Positions 39,309 through 49,397 are shown, numbered from the stretch's first letter. The stretch: 64,000 nt of DNA from an uncultured Clostridia bacterium (GCA_944336125.1 CALVLA010000001.1:32414-96413); one strand, 5' to 3'. Made by a program: numbers and translations. The notes: generated from the sequence alone by a model not told the origin.

Positions 39309-41126
39309 ATGATAAGAAGCGACGTAAGAAACATTGCAATCATAGCACACGTCGACCACGGCAAGACAACGATGGTCGATCAGCTTTTGAAGCAAAACGG
39401 AATATTCAGGGAAAACGAAGTGGTAAGCGAAAGAGTCATGGACAGCGGCGACCTTGAGAAGGAACGCGGAATAACCATCCTCGCAAAAAACACTGCGGTT
39501 TTTTATAAAGGCGTAAAAATCAACATTATCGACACACCGGGACACGCGGACTTCGGCGGCGAAGTTGAGCGTATTTTGTCCATGGTAGACGGCGTATTGC
39601 TTTTGATAGACGCGGTCGAAGGTTGCATGCCACAGACCAGATACGTTTTGAAAAAAGCGTTGAACCTCAACAAACGCCCTATCGTAGTAATAAACAAAGC
39701 CGACAGGGGCTGTGACAAGGAAAAACTGCTTGATCAGGTTTTGGAATTGTTTATGGAACTCGGAGCCACCGACGAGCAAATCGACTTCAAAACGGTTTTC
39801 GCAAGCGGAAAACAAGGCTGGGCGACGCTTGACCTTGACCAACCAAGCACAAACATGGATCCTCTGCTTGACACCGTACTTGAAGAGATACCTGCGCCTG
39901 AAGGAAACCCGGACGACGGACTGCAGGCAATTATCTGCAACATCGACTACGACGACTATATCGGCCGCATAGGCATAGGAAAAATCGTCCGCGGCGACAT
40001 AGTATCGGGACAGCAGGCAGTGGTATGCGGAGGCGGCAAATCCGAAAACTGCAAAATAGCAAAACTTTACCAGTTTGAGGGGCTTAAACGCGTCGAAGTA
40101 AACTCGGCAAAAATCGGCGATATAATCGCGGTAAGCGGCATTGAGGATCTCAATATCGGCGAAACGATATGCGACGTGGACAAAATCGATCCTCTTCCTT
40201 TCGTAAAGATAGACGATCCTACCATTTCCATGGTATTCATGGTAAACAACAGCCCGTTTGCGGGAAGAGAAGGCAAGTTTGTCACAAGCCGTCACCTCCG
40301 TGCAAGGCTGTTTAAGGAAGTAGAAACAAACGTAAGCATGAAACTGGAGGAAACCGATTCTCCGGACAGCTTCAAAGTTTACGGCCGCGGCGAACTTCAC
40401 CTTTCCATACTTATCGAAAACATGCGCCGCGAAGGTTATGAATTTCAGGTCAGTCGCCCTAAGGTTATTTTTAAGGAAATCGACGGAAAACTTTGCGAGC
40501 CTATCGAGCACCTGATAGTCGACGTACCTGACATTTACGTAGGAGCGATACTCAACAAAATCGGCGCGCGAAAAGGCGAAATGACAAACATGTTTTCCGA
40601 CGGACTGGGAAGCACCCGTTTGGAATTTGACATTCCGTCACGCTGCCTCATCGGCTACCGTAGCGAAATGCTCACCGATACCAAAGGCTTCGGCGTAATC
40701 AATCATATACTCAAAGGATACGAGCCTTACAAGGGCGATGTCCCTGAAAGAAACCGCGGCTCAGTCGTCTGCTTTGAGGACGGCGTAAGTACGGCATACG
40801 GACTTTACAACGCGCAGGAGCGTTCGCGCCTCTTTATTTCCCCGGGACTTGAAGTTTACGAAGGAATGGTAGTCGGCGAAAACTCGCGTGAGGAAGACCT
40901 CGTTGTCAACGTCTGCAAGAAAAAGCAACTGACAAACAACAGGGCAAGCGGAAGCGACGATGCGCTTAAACTCACCCCACCCGTTATTATGAGCCTTGAA
41001 CAATGCCTCGAATTTATCGCGGACGACGAACTTGTGGAAGTCACTCCGAAAAGCATAAGGCTCAGGAAAATTATCCTCAATAAAGAACAGCGTCTGAAAG
41101 CGCTCAACAAACTAAAACAACAGTAA
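39309..41126 (+). CDS. typA: Translational GTPase TypA/BipA
   Basis: The ATG at 39309 follows GGAG. G-domain blocks [17 protein letters not shown] and NKAD are present, plus the BipA-specific C-terminal domain. Confidence 0.95.
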   Translation: MIRSDVRNIAIIAHVDHGKTTMVDQLLKQNGIFRENEVVSERVMDSGDLEKERGITILAKNTAVFYKGVKINIIDTPGHADFGGEVERILSMVDGVLLLIDAVEGCMPQTRYVLKKALNLNKRPIVVINKADRGCDKEKLLDQVLELFMELGATDEQIDFKTVFASGKQGWATLDLDQPSTNMDPLLDTVLEEIPAPEGNPDDGLQAIICNIDYDDYIGRIGIGKIVRGDIVSGQQAVVCGGGKSENCKIAKLYQFEGLKRVEVNSAKIGDIIAVSGIEDLNIGETICDVDKIDPLPFVKIDDPTISMVFMVNNSPFAGREGKFVTSRHLRARLFKEVETNVSMKLEETDSPDSFKVYGRGELHLSILIENMRREGYEFQVSRPKVIFKEIDGKLCEPIEHLIVDVPDIYVGAILNKIGARKGEMTNMFSDGLGSTRLEFDIPSRCLIGYRSEMLTDTKGFGVINHILKGYEPYKGDVPERNRGSVVCFEDGVSTAYGLYNAQERSRLFISPGLEVYEGMVVGENSREEDLVVNVCKKKQLTNNRASGSDDALKLTPPVIMSLEQCLEFIADDELVEVTPKSIRLRKIILNKEQRLKALNKLKQQ

Positions 41127-41155
41127 AAAAAGCCGCGGCAAACCGCGGTTTTTAA
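41127..41155 (+). terminator. Rho-independent terminator after typA
   Basis: Stem CCGCGG(41133-41138)/CCGCGG(41143-41148) followed by TTTTT. Confidence 0.7.
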
Positions 41156-41227
41156 TTTTTGTTTTCATAAATTTGACTTTTGAAAAAAGCGGTTATAAAA
41201 TTAAAAAAAATGCACCAGAGGTTAAAA

Positions 41228-42517
41228 ATGCTCACAAAAAACGAAATGCTCACAATGCTTAAAACAGAAGCGGTACCTGCGTTCGGCTGTACCGAACCGG
41301 TATGCGTTTCACTTGCGGCTGCGGATGCGGCAAAAAATGCAGGAGGCGACCTACTTTCGGTAGAAATCGAAGTAAACCCCAACATTTTCAAAAACGGTAT
41401 GTCGGTAGGCATACCGGGTTTTGACAAAGTCGGACTTGACTATGCCGCGGCTCTCGGCGCGATGCTCAAAAATCCCGAAAAACAGCTTCAGCTCCTTCAG
41501 GACATAAACGATGAAGTCAAAGACGGAGCCAACAAACTTGTCAAAAGCGGGAAAGTCAAGGTTGACATCAAAGCCGACGAAATGAAACTTTACGTCAAAT
41601 GCAAAGTAAAAACAGACAATGGCGAAAGCATCACCACTATACGCGACGCTCACACGGCTATAGTGTCAAGAGTAGTCAACGGAAAGGAAATTTTCAATGC
41701 GGCTTCGCAAAGCGGAAAAGCAGGAAACCCTCTTTCCGAAAAACTTGCCGAAATGACGGTAAAGGAAATTCGCGAACTTGTCGAAAGCTTTTCTTACGAG
41801 GAGCTTGCTTTCCTTGAAGAAGGCATCACCATGAACGAAGAGGTGGCTCAAAAAAGCATAGCCCAACCTCACGGCGTAGGCATATCCTCCACTTTCAACA
41901 AAGTCATGGGCACTCCTGTTATGCAGCGCGATCTTATGAGTACGGTAATGCAAAAGGTTGCCTCCGCAATCGAAAGCAGGCTTGACGGTTGCCCTTACAC
42001 CATAATGGCAAGCTCGGGAGCGGGAAGCAAAGGCCTTGCCGTTATACTTCCTATAGCTGAAACGGCGAAACTCATCGGCGCCGATAAGGAAAAGACAGTC
42101 AAAGCGCTTGCTTTCGCTCACATGCTCAATAGCTACATAAACGCTCACATAGGCAAACTTTCTGCAATGTGCGCATGCGGTATGGCGGCGTCCACCGCGG
42201 CGGCGGCAGGCATGACATATCTCAGGGGCGGCGACGACAGACAAATCGCATGGACGATAAGAAACATGACGGGAAGCATAACGGGAATGATTTGCGACGG
42301 CGGAAAAGTAGGCTGTGCGTTGAAACTTGCGACGGCTTCAGCCGCTGCGGTACTGTCATCTCTGATGGCGGAAAACAATGCCGTGCTTCGCGTGTCAGAC
42401 GGCGTGTGCGCCGAAACTGCGGAAGACTGCGTCAAAAACTTGGGACGCATAGCAAACCCGGGCATGACGCACACCGACAAGGTAGTACTTCAAATCATGC
42501 TTGACAAACAAAAGTAA
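41228..42517 (+). CDS. UPF0597 / L-cysteine desulfidase family protein (YhaM-like)
   Basis: Start taken at ATG 41228 (AGAGG RBS). The signature PAFGCTEPVCVSLAAADA is near the N-terminus, with later blocks MASSGAGSKG and MICDGGKVGCALK. Confidence 0.8.
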   Translation: MLTKNEMLTMLKTEAVPAFGCTEPVCVSLAAADAAKNAGGDLLSVEIEVNPNIFKNGMSVGIPGFDKVGLDYAAALGAMLKNPEKQLQLLQDINDEVKDGANKLVKSGKVKVDIKADEMKLYVKCKVKTDNGESITTIRDAHTAIVSRVVNGKEIFNAASQSGKAGNPLSEKLAEMTVKEIRELVESFSYEELAFLEEGITMNEEVAQKSIAQPHGVGISSTFNKVMGTPVMQRDLMSTVMQKVASAIESRLDGCPYTIMASSGAGSKGLAVILPIAETAKLIGADKEKTVKALAFAHMLNSYINAHIGKLSAMCACGMAASTAAAAGMTYLRGGDDRQIAWTIRNMTGSITGMICDGGKVGCALKLATASAAAVLSSLMAENNAVLRVSDGVCAETAEDCVKNLGRIANPGMTHTDKVVLQIMLDKQK

Positions 42518-42524
42518 AAAAAAA

Positions 42525-42557
42525 CAAAAAACGCCGGTAAAACCGGCGTTTTTTTAT
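42525..42557. terminator. Bidirectional terminator between convergent genes
   Basis: Stem ACGCCGG(42531-42537)/CCGGCGT(42543-42549) with an A-run and a T7 run. Confidence 0.8.
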
Positions 42558-42560
42558 GTT

Positions 42561-44258
42561 TCAAATGCTTTTTCTTTTAAGGTCAAACTGCATGAATACC
42601 GACGGCAACACAACCGCAAGCATAATGACAAGCAAAAGGTTGAGTACCGCAAGTCCCCCTATCGACAAAGCGAGGAAGAACGAGTAAAGGAGCGGAACCG
42701 CAAACAACAGCATAATTACGATGTTGAGTGACAACACAACATGAGAAGCCGCGTAATTGTCAAACAATGCGTTTACGATGAGCGAGACCGAACCTATGAG
42801 AGCAGGCCACAGGAAAAGGAAGGACGCACCGGGAAGGAAGAAAGTCGTGAGCAAAGCCAACAATGCGTTTACGACGATACCTGCCGCAAAAAACTCAAAT
42901 TTGCTTTGACTGTCCTTGGTGAATTTTTTAATGCAAAACCATATGATAAGTCCCGACACAATGGCATATGAAAGAGCAAACGGAATTCCCGAAAGCGAAA
43001 CCCTGACGTAAGTGAGTTTCCAAGGCACTCCCCCTATCAAAGCCACAAGGTATGAAACGGCAAGACCAAACACCGCGGAAGCGACAAGAGCCAATGCCAC
43101 AACACCCAAAGCAATCAAAGCTTTTTTAGGGCGAAGCTTTCCCTTTTTGAAAGCCCAAAAGATACCCGCGCCGCAAGCCAAAACACAAAGTATGACAAAA
43201 ATTATTGCGGCGGTCTGCGAGTAAACCGCCATTACCGTCGGCAAAATATTGAAAAACACGCTGTCCGAATCGGCATCGAAGTAATTTGCCTCGCCGTATT
43301 TAGCGTCTGAAACGTACTCAGCGATGACAGGCATGATCTGACTGCCGTAGTGCTGCAAACTGCTTTTGTTCACCGCCGAAATGTTGTCAGCGGGAGTATG
43401 GTAGTAGTAAAGGTTGTCAAGCACGGCAAAGTTTATGCCTTGTTTACCCATGTCCAAAGCCGAAGTAAAGTCGGTAAAGTTAGGCATTACCGAATAGACG
43501 GCTGTTGCCAGCGAATAGGAAAACGGCATATCGGCGTTTTTGTAAAGTTCGATGACTTTGCTGTTGTTTTTGCTTGTCTCAAACATATAGGCAGGACCTT
43601 TTACGCCGCGAGCCTCGATGTTGATTACGAAATTTACGTTGTCGATATAATCCAGCTGCATTTCAAGCTGCGAGCCGTAAAGCCCCGTTTCTTCGGCGTC
43701 GGTAAAGCAAAGATAAATGCTGTTTTCCAAGCTTTCCGCAGGTACGTTTGCGTAAATACGGGCTATCTCAAGCATAACAGCCACACCATAGCCGTCATCG
43801 GCCGCTCCGTAAGAGCCGGGGATTTCACCCGCACGCGAAGCATGTCCCCTTGAGTCGTAGTGAGCCATGATAAGAATACCGTTATCACTTTTGCCCTGAA
43901 TTTTTACCGCAAGGTTGGTGATGTCGTATTCTACGGGCTTGTCGTAATCCAAAATTTTGTCTGGAGTGATGTTGTCCGACAAACCGTGCTGGGCAGGAGT
44001 CCAGTTGTGAACTTCGACGGTATGCCCCATGCTTTCCAAAGTGGTTTTGAGGTATTGCTCAACCTCGTCGTGAGCTTCCTCGTCAAAAACCGAATGCGGT
44101 TTTTCCGCAATTTTTTCAAGATAAGAGTAAGCTTTTTCCGCCGAAAAACCCTTGAGGTCAGCTGACGGACTCGGCAACACCATTATTAACAGGCCGAGTA
44201 CAAAAGCCACAACCGCTACAGCGGCAACGATTACAATGTTTAAAGTTTTTGTTTTCAT
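42561..44258 (-). CDS. M28-family metallopeptidase fused to a C-terminal polytopic membrane domain
   Basis: 565 aa. N-terminal anchor, then the M28 blocks MAHYDSRGH, GAADDGYGVAVMLE and FTDAEETGLYGS, then about 8 TM helices. Confidence 0.8.
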   Translation of the reverse strand: MKTKTLNIVIVAAVAVVAFVLGLLIMVLPSPSADLKGFSAEKAYSYLEKIAEKPHSVFDEEAHDEVEQYLKTTLESMGHTVEVHNWTPAQHGLSDNITPDKILDYDKPVEYDITNLAVKIQGKSDNGILIMAHYDSRGHASRAGEIPGSYGAADDGYGVAVMLEIARIYANVPAESLENSIYLCFTDAEETGLYGSQLEMQLDYIDNVNFVINIEARGVKGPAYMFETSKNNSKVIELYKNADMPFSYSLATAVYSVMPNFTDFTSALDMGKQGINFAVLDNLYYYHTPADNISAVNKSSLQHYGSQIMPVIAEYVSDAKYGEANYFDADSDSVFFNILPTVMAVYSQTAAIIFVILCVLACGAGIFWAFKKGKLRPKKALIALGVVALALVASAVFGLAVSYLVALIGGVPWKLTYVRVSLSGIPFALSYAIVSGLIIWFCIKKFTKDSQSKFEFFAAGIVVNALLALLTTFFLPGASFLFLWPALIGSVSLIVNALFDNYAASHVVLSLNIVIMLLFAVPLLYSFFLALSIGGLAVLNLLLVIMLAVVLPSVFMQFDLKRKSI

Positions 44259-44292
44259 TTCTCCTCCGATATTTAAACATTATATTAAAGGG

Positions 44293-44330
44293 CAAAAAAA
44301 ATGTCCATTGAAATAATGAACATTTTTTTA
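44293..44330 (-). terminator. Rho-independent terminator after gdhA
   Basis: On the minus strand, ATGTTCATT-atttc-AATGGACAT (one mismatch) is followed by T8. Confidence 0.6.
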
Positions 44331-44354
44331 AATGATTTACTTTTAATTTTTGTT

Positions 44355-45701
44355 TTACACAATGCCTTGATCAATCATTGCTTCTGCAACTTTCTTAAAG
44401 CCCGCCACGTTTGCGCCTGCCACAAGATTGTAACCGAGATTAAATTCGTCGCAAGCTTTGACGATTTGCTTGTGAATGTTGGACATAATGTTTTTGAGCT
44501 TGCCGTCGACTTCTTCGGCAGACCACGAAATTCTTTCGCTGTTCTGGCTCATTTCAAGACCCGAAACAGCGACGCCGCCTGCGTTAACCGCTTTGCTAGG
44601 CGCTACGAGAACGCCGTTTTGCTGGAGATAAGCCAAAGCGTCGTTGGTAGTCGGCATGTTGGAAACTTCGTTGACTATTTTAACGCCCATATCGACGATT
44701 TTCTTTGCGTCGTCAAGGCGAATTTCGTTTTGAGTAGCGCACGGCATGTAGATGTCGGCTTTTACGTTGCCCCAAGGTTTTTGACCTTCCACGAACTTAA
44801 CGCCGAATTTGTCTGCGTAATCCTTAACTTTGTCACGGAGAGAAGCGCGCATTTCAAGCATATAGTCGATTTTTTCACCGCTGATACCGTCAGGGTCGTA
44901 AACGTAGCCGTCAGGACCTGAAATAGAAACGACTTTTCCGCCGAGTTCGGTAATTTTTTTGGCAGCGCCCCATGAAACGTTGCCGAAGCCCGAAAGAGCG
45001 AAAGTTTTGCCTTCGATAGAATCGTTGTTGTGTTTCAAAACTTCCTGCAGGAAGTAAGTAGCGCCGTAGCCCGTAGCTTCAGGTCTGATGAGGCTTCCGC
45101 CGTAAGAAAGGCCTTTGCCGGTAAGAACGCCGTTGTTAAAGGAACCGACGATGCGTTTGTACTGACCGTAAAGGAAACCTATTTCCTTGCCGCCAACGCC
45201 GATATCGCCGGCAGGTATATCGATGTCAGGACCGATATGTCTGAAAAGCTCGGTCATAAAGCTTTGGCAAAAGCGCATGATTTCGCCTTCGGATTTGCCG
45301 CGAGGATCGAAATCGGCGCCGCCCTTTCCGCCGCCCATAGGAAGTCCCGTAAGGCTGTTTTTGAAAGTCTGCTCGAAGCCGAGGAACTTCATAATACTTA
45401 TATTAACTGAAGGGTGAAAGCGCAAGCCGCCCTTGTAAGGGCCGATAGCGTTGTTAAACTGCACTCTGAAGCCCCTGTTAACGCGAGGGACGCCGTTGTC
45501 GTCAACCCAAGGGACTCTGAAAATAATTTGCCTGTCAGGCTCAACCATTCTTTCCAGGACAGCGTGTTTCCTGTAAAGATTTTCATTAGCGTCGATAACA
45601 GGTTGCAATGAAGTCAAAACTTCTTTAACAGTCTGAAGGAACTCAGGCTGGCAAGCGTTTTTTACCTCGGTAGCAGCAATAACCTCAGAAACATATGACA
45701 T
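44355..45701 (-). CDS. gdhA: NADP-specific glutamate dehydrogenase
   Basis: 448 aa with the GPYKGGLRFHPSVN, LPMGGGKGG and GFGNV Rossmann blocks. Confidence 0.95.
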   Translation of the reverse strand: MSYVSEVIAATEVKNACQPEFLQTVKEVLTSLQPVIDANENLYRKHAVLERMVEPDRQIIFRVPWVDDNGVPRVNRGFRVQFNNAIGPYKGGLRFHPSVNISIMKFLGFEQTFKNSLTGLPMGGGKGGADFDPRGKSEGEIMRFCQSFMTELFRHIGPDIDIPAGDIGVGGKEIGFLYGQYKRIVGSFNNGVLTGKGLSYGGSLIRPEATGYGATYFLQEVLKHNNDSIEGKTFALSGFGNVSWGAAKKITELGGKVVSISGPDGYVYDPDGISGEKIDYMLEMRASLRDKVKDYADKFGVKFVEGQKPWGNVKADIYMPCATQNEIRLDDAKKIVDMGVKIVNEVSNMPTTNDALAYLQQNGVLVAPSKAVNAGGVAVSGLEMSQNSERISWSAEEVDGKLKNIMSNIHKQIVKACDEFNLGYNLVAGANVAGFKKVAEAMIDQGIV

Positions 45702-45796
45702 AAAACTACCTCCACTGCCATTTTTAGTAATTTTATTATAAACTTGAAGGGGAAAAAGTCAATAGAATTTATTTACAAAAACGCATATAAATAAAT

Positions 45797-46876
45797 ATGA
45801 AAATCAGTGTATATGCGATAAGCAAAAACGAAAGTAAGTTTGTGAAAAGCTGGGTAAAATCAGTTGAAGAGGCTGACGAAATAGTAGTATTGGACACGGG
45901 ATCAAGCGACGACACGGTAAAGAAGCTCAGGGAGGCGGGAGTAAAGGTATACGAGGAAAAAATAGATCCGTGGCGTTTTGACGTAGCGAGGAACAGATCA
46001 CTGGAACTGGTAAGCGAGGACACGGACGTATGCGTTTGCGTCGATTTGGACGAAAGGTTTGAAAAAGGCTGGCGCGAAAAGCTTGAAAAAGCGTATGAGA
46101 AAGACGTCAAGCAATATAAATATCGTTATACGTGGTCATTCAACGCAGACGGAAGCGAAGGTGTAGTCTTTTGGCAGGAAAAAATACACAGCCGAAAAGG
46201 CTTTTGCTGGGAACATCCTGTGCACGAAGTCCCTAAGTATATCGGAAAAGAACCTTACAAGTCAAAATTTGCCGAAGGAATACAGCTGAACCACTACCCT
46301 GACCATACAAAATCGAGGTCAAATTATTTGCCTCTTTTGGAACTGTCGGTAAAGGAATGCCCCGACGACGACAGAAACATGCACTATTTGGGGCGCGAAT
46401 ACATGTTTCACAAAATGTACGACGACTCAATCAGGACGCTCAAAAAGCACCTTCAAATGCCGCAGGCCGTATGGCGGGACGAAAGATGCGCGTCAATGAG
46501 ATACATCGCAAAATGTCTCATACAAAAAAACATGACGGACGGAGCGGAAGGATGGCTTTTGAGAGCTATTGCCGAGGCGCCCCATCTGCGTGAGCCTTAC
46601 GTAGACCTGGCATTGCTTTACTACAACAAAAAAAACTGGCACGGCGTAATTTTCATGTGCGAAAAAGCGCTTGAAATAAAAGACAGGTCGTTAAGTTACA
46701 TCAACGAGCCCTCTTCATGGGGAAGCCTGCCCTACGACATTTTAAGCCTTGCCTACTACTACACGGGAAACTGTGAAAAAGCCTTAGAATACGTCGACAA
46801 GGCAATTGAATTGTCAGACGAACAAAGACTTAAGGACAACAAAACCTTTTTCATAAAAAAATTAAAGACCGCTTAA
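45797..46876 (+). CDS. Family-2 glycosyltransferase with a C-terminal TPR domain
   Basis: 359 aa. [16 protein letters not shown]...[11 protein letters not shown]...VDLDE (DxD) is GT2-like. The C-terminal half shows TPR-like helices. No obvious Shine-Dalgarno sequence. Confidence 0.7.
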   Translation: MKISVYAISKNESKFVKSWVKSVEEADEIVVLDTGSSDDTVKKLREAGVKVYEEKIDPWRFDVARNRSLELVSEDTDVCVCVDLDERFEKGWREKLEKAYEKDVKQYKYRYTWSFNADGSEGVVFWQEKIHSRKGFCWEHPVHEVPKYIGKEPYKSKFAEGIQLNHYPDHTKSRSNYLPLLELSVKECPDDDRNMHYLGREYMFHKMYDDSIRTLKKHLQMPQAVWRDERCASMRYIAKCLIQKNMTDGAEGWLLRAIAEAPHLREPYVDLALLYYNKKNWHGVIFMCEKALEIKDRSLSYINEPSSWGSLPYDILSLAYYYTGNCEKALEYVDKAIELSDEQRLKDNKTFFIKKLKTA

Positions 46877-46892
46877 AGCGGTCTTTTTTTTC
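46862..46892. terminator. Bidirectional terminator between the GT2 and collagen-like genes
   Basis: Stem AGACCGC(46866-46872)/GCGGTCT(46878-46884) followed by T8. Confidence 0.8.
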
Positions 46893-46897
46893 TTGTG

Positions 46898-47968
46898 TCA
46901 GGCGAGTATACCCGCCGTTCTCAGGGAATCAAGCAGTTCGTTTACCTTGTTTGCAATCTCTTCAGTACCTGCGCTTGCAGGCGTACCGATATTCGTTACG
47001 TCGGTAGCCGTGGTAGTAGGACCTGCAGGGCCCTGCGGACCGGTAGGGCCTGTAGGACCTGTTGGACCCTCAGAGCCTTGCGCGCCTGCCGCACCTTGCG
47101 GACCTTCAGGACCTGTCGGACCCGTTGGTCCTTCCGCACCCGTTGCGCCTTGCAAACCTTGAGTACCTTGCGGTCCCTCAGGACCGGTAGGGCCTGTAGG
47201 ACCTGTTTCGCCTTGAATACCCTGTGTGCCTGCCGTACCTTGTGGCCCCGCCGGGCCTGCAGGGCCAGTCGGACCGGTTGGGCCTTCTGCGCCAGTTGCT
47301 CCCGCCGCACCTGTAGCACCTTGAGGACCTGTAGGTCCCGTCGGACCTTCAGGGCCTTGTGCGCCTGCCGCGCCTTGCGGACCTTCAGGACCTGTAGGGC
47401 CCGTAGGACCCGTAGGACCGTTTGCAGGACCCGTAGGACCTATCGGACCCGCAGGGCCTGTTGGACCGGTAGGGCCTGTTGCGCCCTGTGTACCGGCAAC
47501 ACCTTGAGGACCTGTAGGGCCCGTTGCACCGGCTGTGCCCTGAGGACCTGTTGGGCCTGTCGGACCCGTTGCCCCCGTGGTTCCCTGAGGACCAGTCGGG
47601 CCTGTCGGTCCAGTAGGACCTGTTGCGCCAATGTCACCCTGTCGTCCTTGAATACCTATCGGACCTGTCGGACCGATAAGTCCCTGTGGACCCTGAGGCC
47701 CCGTAGGACCTGTTGCTCCTATGTCACCCTGTCTGCCCTGAATGCCTTGAGGACCTGTAGGGCCCGTAGGACCGCCCGCAGGACCCGTCGGACCTATCGG
47801 GCCGGTTGGACCTGTCGGTCCCTGAGGCCCCGTAGGACCGTTAAGTCCCTGAGGACCGTTTTTGCCTCTTGGCCCCGTAGGCCCTACGCAGCAATTGCAG
47901 CAGCACGGATTGCGGTGGCAGCGCGGACAGCAGTCGGAACTGTTGTTCCCGCATGAAAAATTGAACAT
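46898..47968 (-). CDS. Collagen-like triple-helix repeat protein with a Cys-rich N-terminus (BclA-style surface/exosporium candidate)
   Basis: ATG at 47968 (AGAGG 5 nt upstream). The sequence is [27 protein letters not shown], then about 95 G-X-Y triplets (mostly GPT, GPQ, GAT), then a 40-aa tail TTTATDV...[21 protein letters not shown]. Confidence 0.85.
   Translation of the reverse strand: MFNFSCGNNSSDCCPRCHRNPCCCNCCVGPTGPRGKNGPQGLNGPTGPQGPTGPTGPIGPTGPAGGPTGPTGPQGIQGRQGDIGATGPTGPQGPQGLIGPTGPIGIQGRQGDIGATGPTGPTGPTGPQGTTGATGPTGPTGPQGTAGATGPTGPQGVAGTQGATGPTGPTGPAGPIGPTGPANGPTGPTGPTGPEGPQGAAGAQGPEGPTGPTGPQGATGAAGATGAEGPTGPTGPAGPAGPQGTAGTQGIQGETGPTGPTGPEGPQGTQGLQGATGAEGPTGPTGPEGPQGAAGAQGSEGPTGPTGPTGPQGPAGPTTTATDVTNIGTPASAGTEEIANKVNELLDSLRTAGILA
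47020..47884 (-). repeat. Coding tandem repeat (9-nt GXY periodicity) of the collagen-like gene
   Basis: Continuous GGN-CCN-ACN-type triplets. Larger internal duplicates include [16 protein letters not shown] x2 and [13 protein letters not shown](P/S)EGPTGPTGP x2. There are two register breaks (GPAG-GPT and GPAN-GPT). Confidence 0.9.
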
Positions 47969-48008
47969 ATACACCTCTTCACCGACAATGAAAATACATT
48001 GCCTAAGT

Positions 48009-48036
48009 TATAATATGACAAAATTTTTCTTACAGT
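48009..48036 (-). promoter_or_regulatory. Candidate sigma-K-type promoter of the collagen-like gene
   Basis: On the minus strand, AC (48036-48035), a 17-nt spacer, CATATTATA (48017-48009). This fits AC-17-CATAnnnTA about 40 nt upstream of the ATG. The motif has low information content. Confidence 0.3.
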
Positions 48037-48208
48037 TACCGACAAAATCAAAAGCGGTTTTGAAAAACAGATAGTAAGACAAATAATATTTCAAATGGTT
48101 TTTTAAAACTATTTTCTATTGTCATAATAGGCAAAAACCGTTGATTAAGAAAAAGCGCAAAAGTATAATAAAAATGTAAAAGGAAAAATTTATACGGGAG
48201 GTGTTTAA

Positions 48209-49261
48209 ATGAAAAAACTTTATATAGTAACAGGCGCAAACGGACACCTCGGCAACACCATAGTAAAAAGGCTTGTTGAAAAAGGCGAACAAGTAAGATG
48301 TCTTGTATTGCCGAGCGATAACATGAAATCGCTGCAAAACGTAAACTGTGAAATATATTACGGCGACGTAACACAAAAAAGTTCGCTTGACGAAATTTTT
48401 ACTTTTGCAAAAGGAACCGAAGTAAACGTAATACACTGCGCGGCGATAGTATCGATATCATCCAAAAAAGACAAAAAAGTAAAAGAAGTCAACGTAGGCG
48501 GCGTTAAAAACATGCTTGACATAAGCATTGAGCGCGGAGTAAGCAAATTCGTGCACGTAAGCAGCGTACACGCAATTCCCGAAGGCGAAAAAGGCAGCCT
48601 GATCAAGGAAGTGAGCGAATTTTCCCCTGACAACGTTGTGGGACTTTACGCAAAAACCAAAGCCGAAGCGACACAGCTTGTTTTGGACGCTGCAAAAAGC
48701 GGCAAACTCAATGCCTGCGTCGTACATCCTTCGGGCATAATAGGTCCCAACGATTACGGACACGGTCATCTGACGCAAATGATTGTCGACTACATTGACG
48801 GACGACTCACGGCATGCGTAAAAGGCGGCTACGACTTTGTCGACGTCAGAGACGTTGCGGAAGCCACGATAAACGCGGTTGAGCACGGACGTAACGGCGA
48901 GTGCTACATTTTGTCCGGACATTATATGTCGGTAAAAAATTTGCTTAACGAGCTTAGCAAAATCACAGGCAAACGCCCTATCAGGACGGTGCTTCCTATG
49001 TGGCTGGCAAAACTGACGGCTCCGCTTTCGGAAATCTATTACAGACTTTTGAAGCAGCCTCCTCTTTACACCAAATACGCTTTGTTTACTCTTGAAGTAA
49101 ATTCAAACTTCACGCACCAAAAAGCGACGGACGAACTTAATTTTAATCCGCGCCCTTTGGAAGAAACTTTAAAGGACGCCGCATGCTGGCTTAAGGAAAA
49201 CGGAAGACTCAAAGTCAAAAAGAGGAAAAAAGCCACTCAAAATGCTGCAGACAAAAACTAA
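48209..49261 (+). CDS. NAD(P)-dependent epimerase/dehydratase (extended SDR, dihydroflavonol-reductase-like)
   Basis: 350 aa. Rossmann motif VTGANGHLGN and the YAKTK catalytic Y-x3-K. GGGAGG RBS. A TTGATT-17-TATAAT promoter lies upstream. Confidence 0.85.
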   Translation: MKKLYIVTGANGHLGNTIVKRLVEKGEQVRCLVLPSDNMKSLQNVNCEIYYGDVTQKSSLDEIFTFAKGTEVNVIHCAAIVSISSKKDKKVKEVNVGGVKNMLDISIERGVSKFVHVSSVHAIPEGEKGSLIKEVSEFSPDNVVGLYAKTKAEATQLVLDAAKSGKLNACVVHPSGIIGPNDYGHGHLTQMIVDYIDGRLTACVKGGYDFVDVRDVAEATINAVEHGRNGECYILSGHYMSVKNLLNELSKITGKRPIRTVLPMWLAKLTAPLSEIYYRLLKQPPLYTKYALFTLEVNSNFTHQKATDELNFNPRPLEETLKDAACWLKENGRLKVKKRKKATQNAADKN

Positions 49262-49265
49262 AAAT

Positions 49266-49295
49266 TTAACGCGGGAGTTTTCCCGCGTTAAAAAT
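49266..49295 (+). terminator. Terminator after the SDR gene
   Basis: Stem TTAACGCGGGA(49266-49276)/TCCCGCGTTAA(49281-49291). The downstream U-tract is weak. Confidence 0.55.
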
Positions 49296-49352
49296 GCCCT
49301 ATTTATACGATTATAGTAAATAATTTGATTATAGTCTAAAAATATACCCAAT

Positions 49353-49382
49353 AAAAAAACCGCGGATTTTCCGCGGTTTTTT
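49353..49382. terminator. Bidirectional terminator downstream of tuf
   Basis: Stem CCGCGGA(49360-49366)/TCCGCGG(49370-49376) flanked by an A7 run and a T6 run. Confidence 0.8.
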
Positions 49383-49397
49383 GAGTTTTTGCGTTAA

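Noticed and set aside
39189-40511. A 440-aa minus-strand ORF.
   Set aside because: It lies entirely antisense to typA, whose G-domain motifs are unmistakable. Its product is rich in F, V, Y and R, and has no motifs or RBS. It is a shadow ORF.
46895-47956. A 353-aa plus-strand ORF (an RTCRT-type repeat), plus other frames across the collagen tract.
   Set aside because: These are frame artefacts of the GGN-CCN-ACN repeat. Only the minus-strand frame gives a Gly-X-Y collagen repeat with an RBS, a promoter and a terminator.
49309-49335. A 9-bp direct repeat, GATTATAGT x2, between two terminators.
   Set aside because: It is short, AT-rich and non-coding, and sits between convergent terminators. 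It is most likely chance or a slippage remnant.
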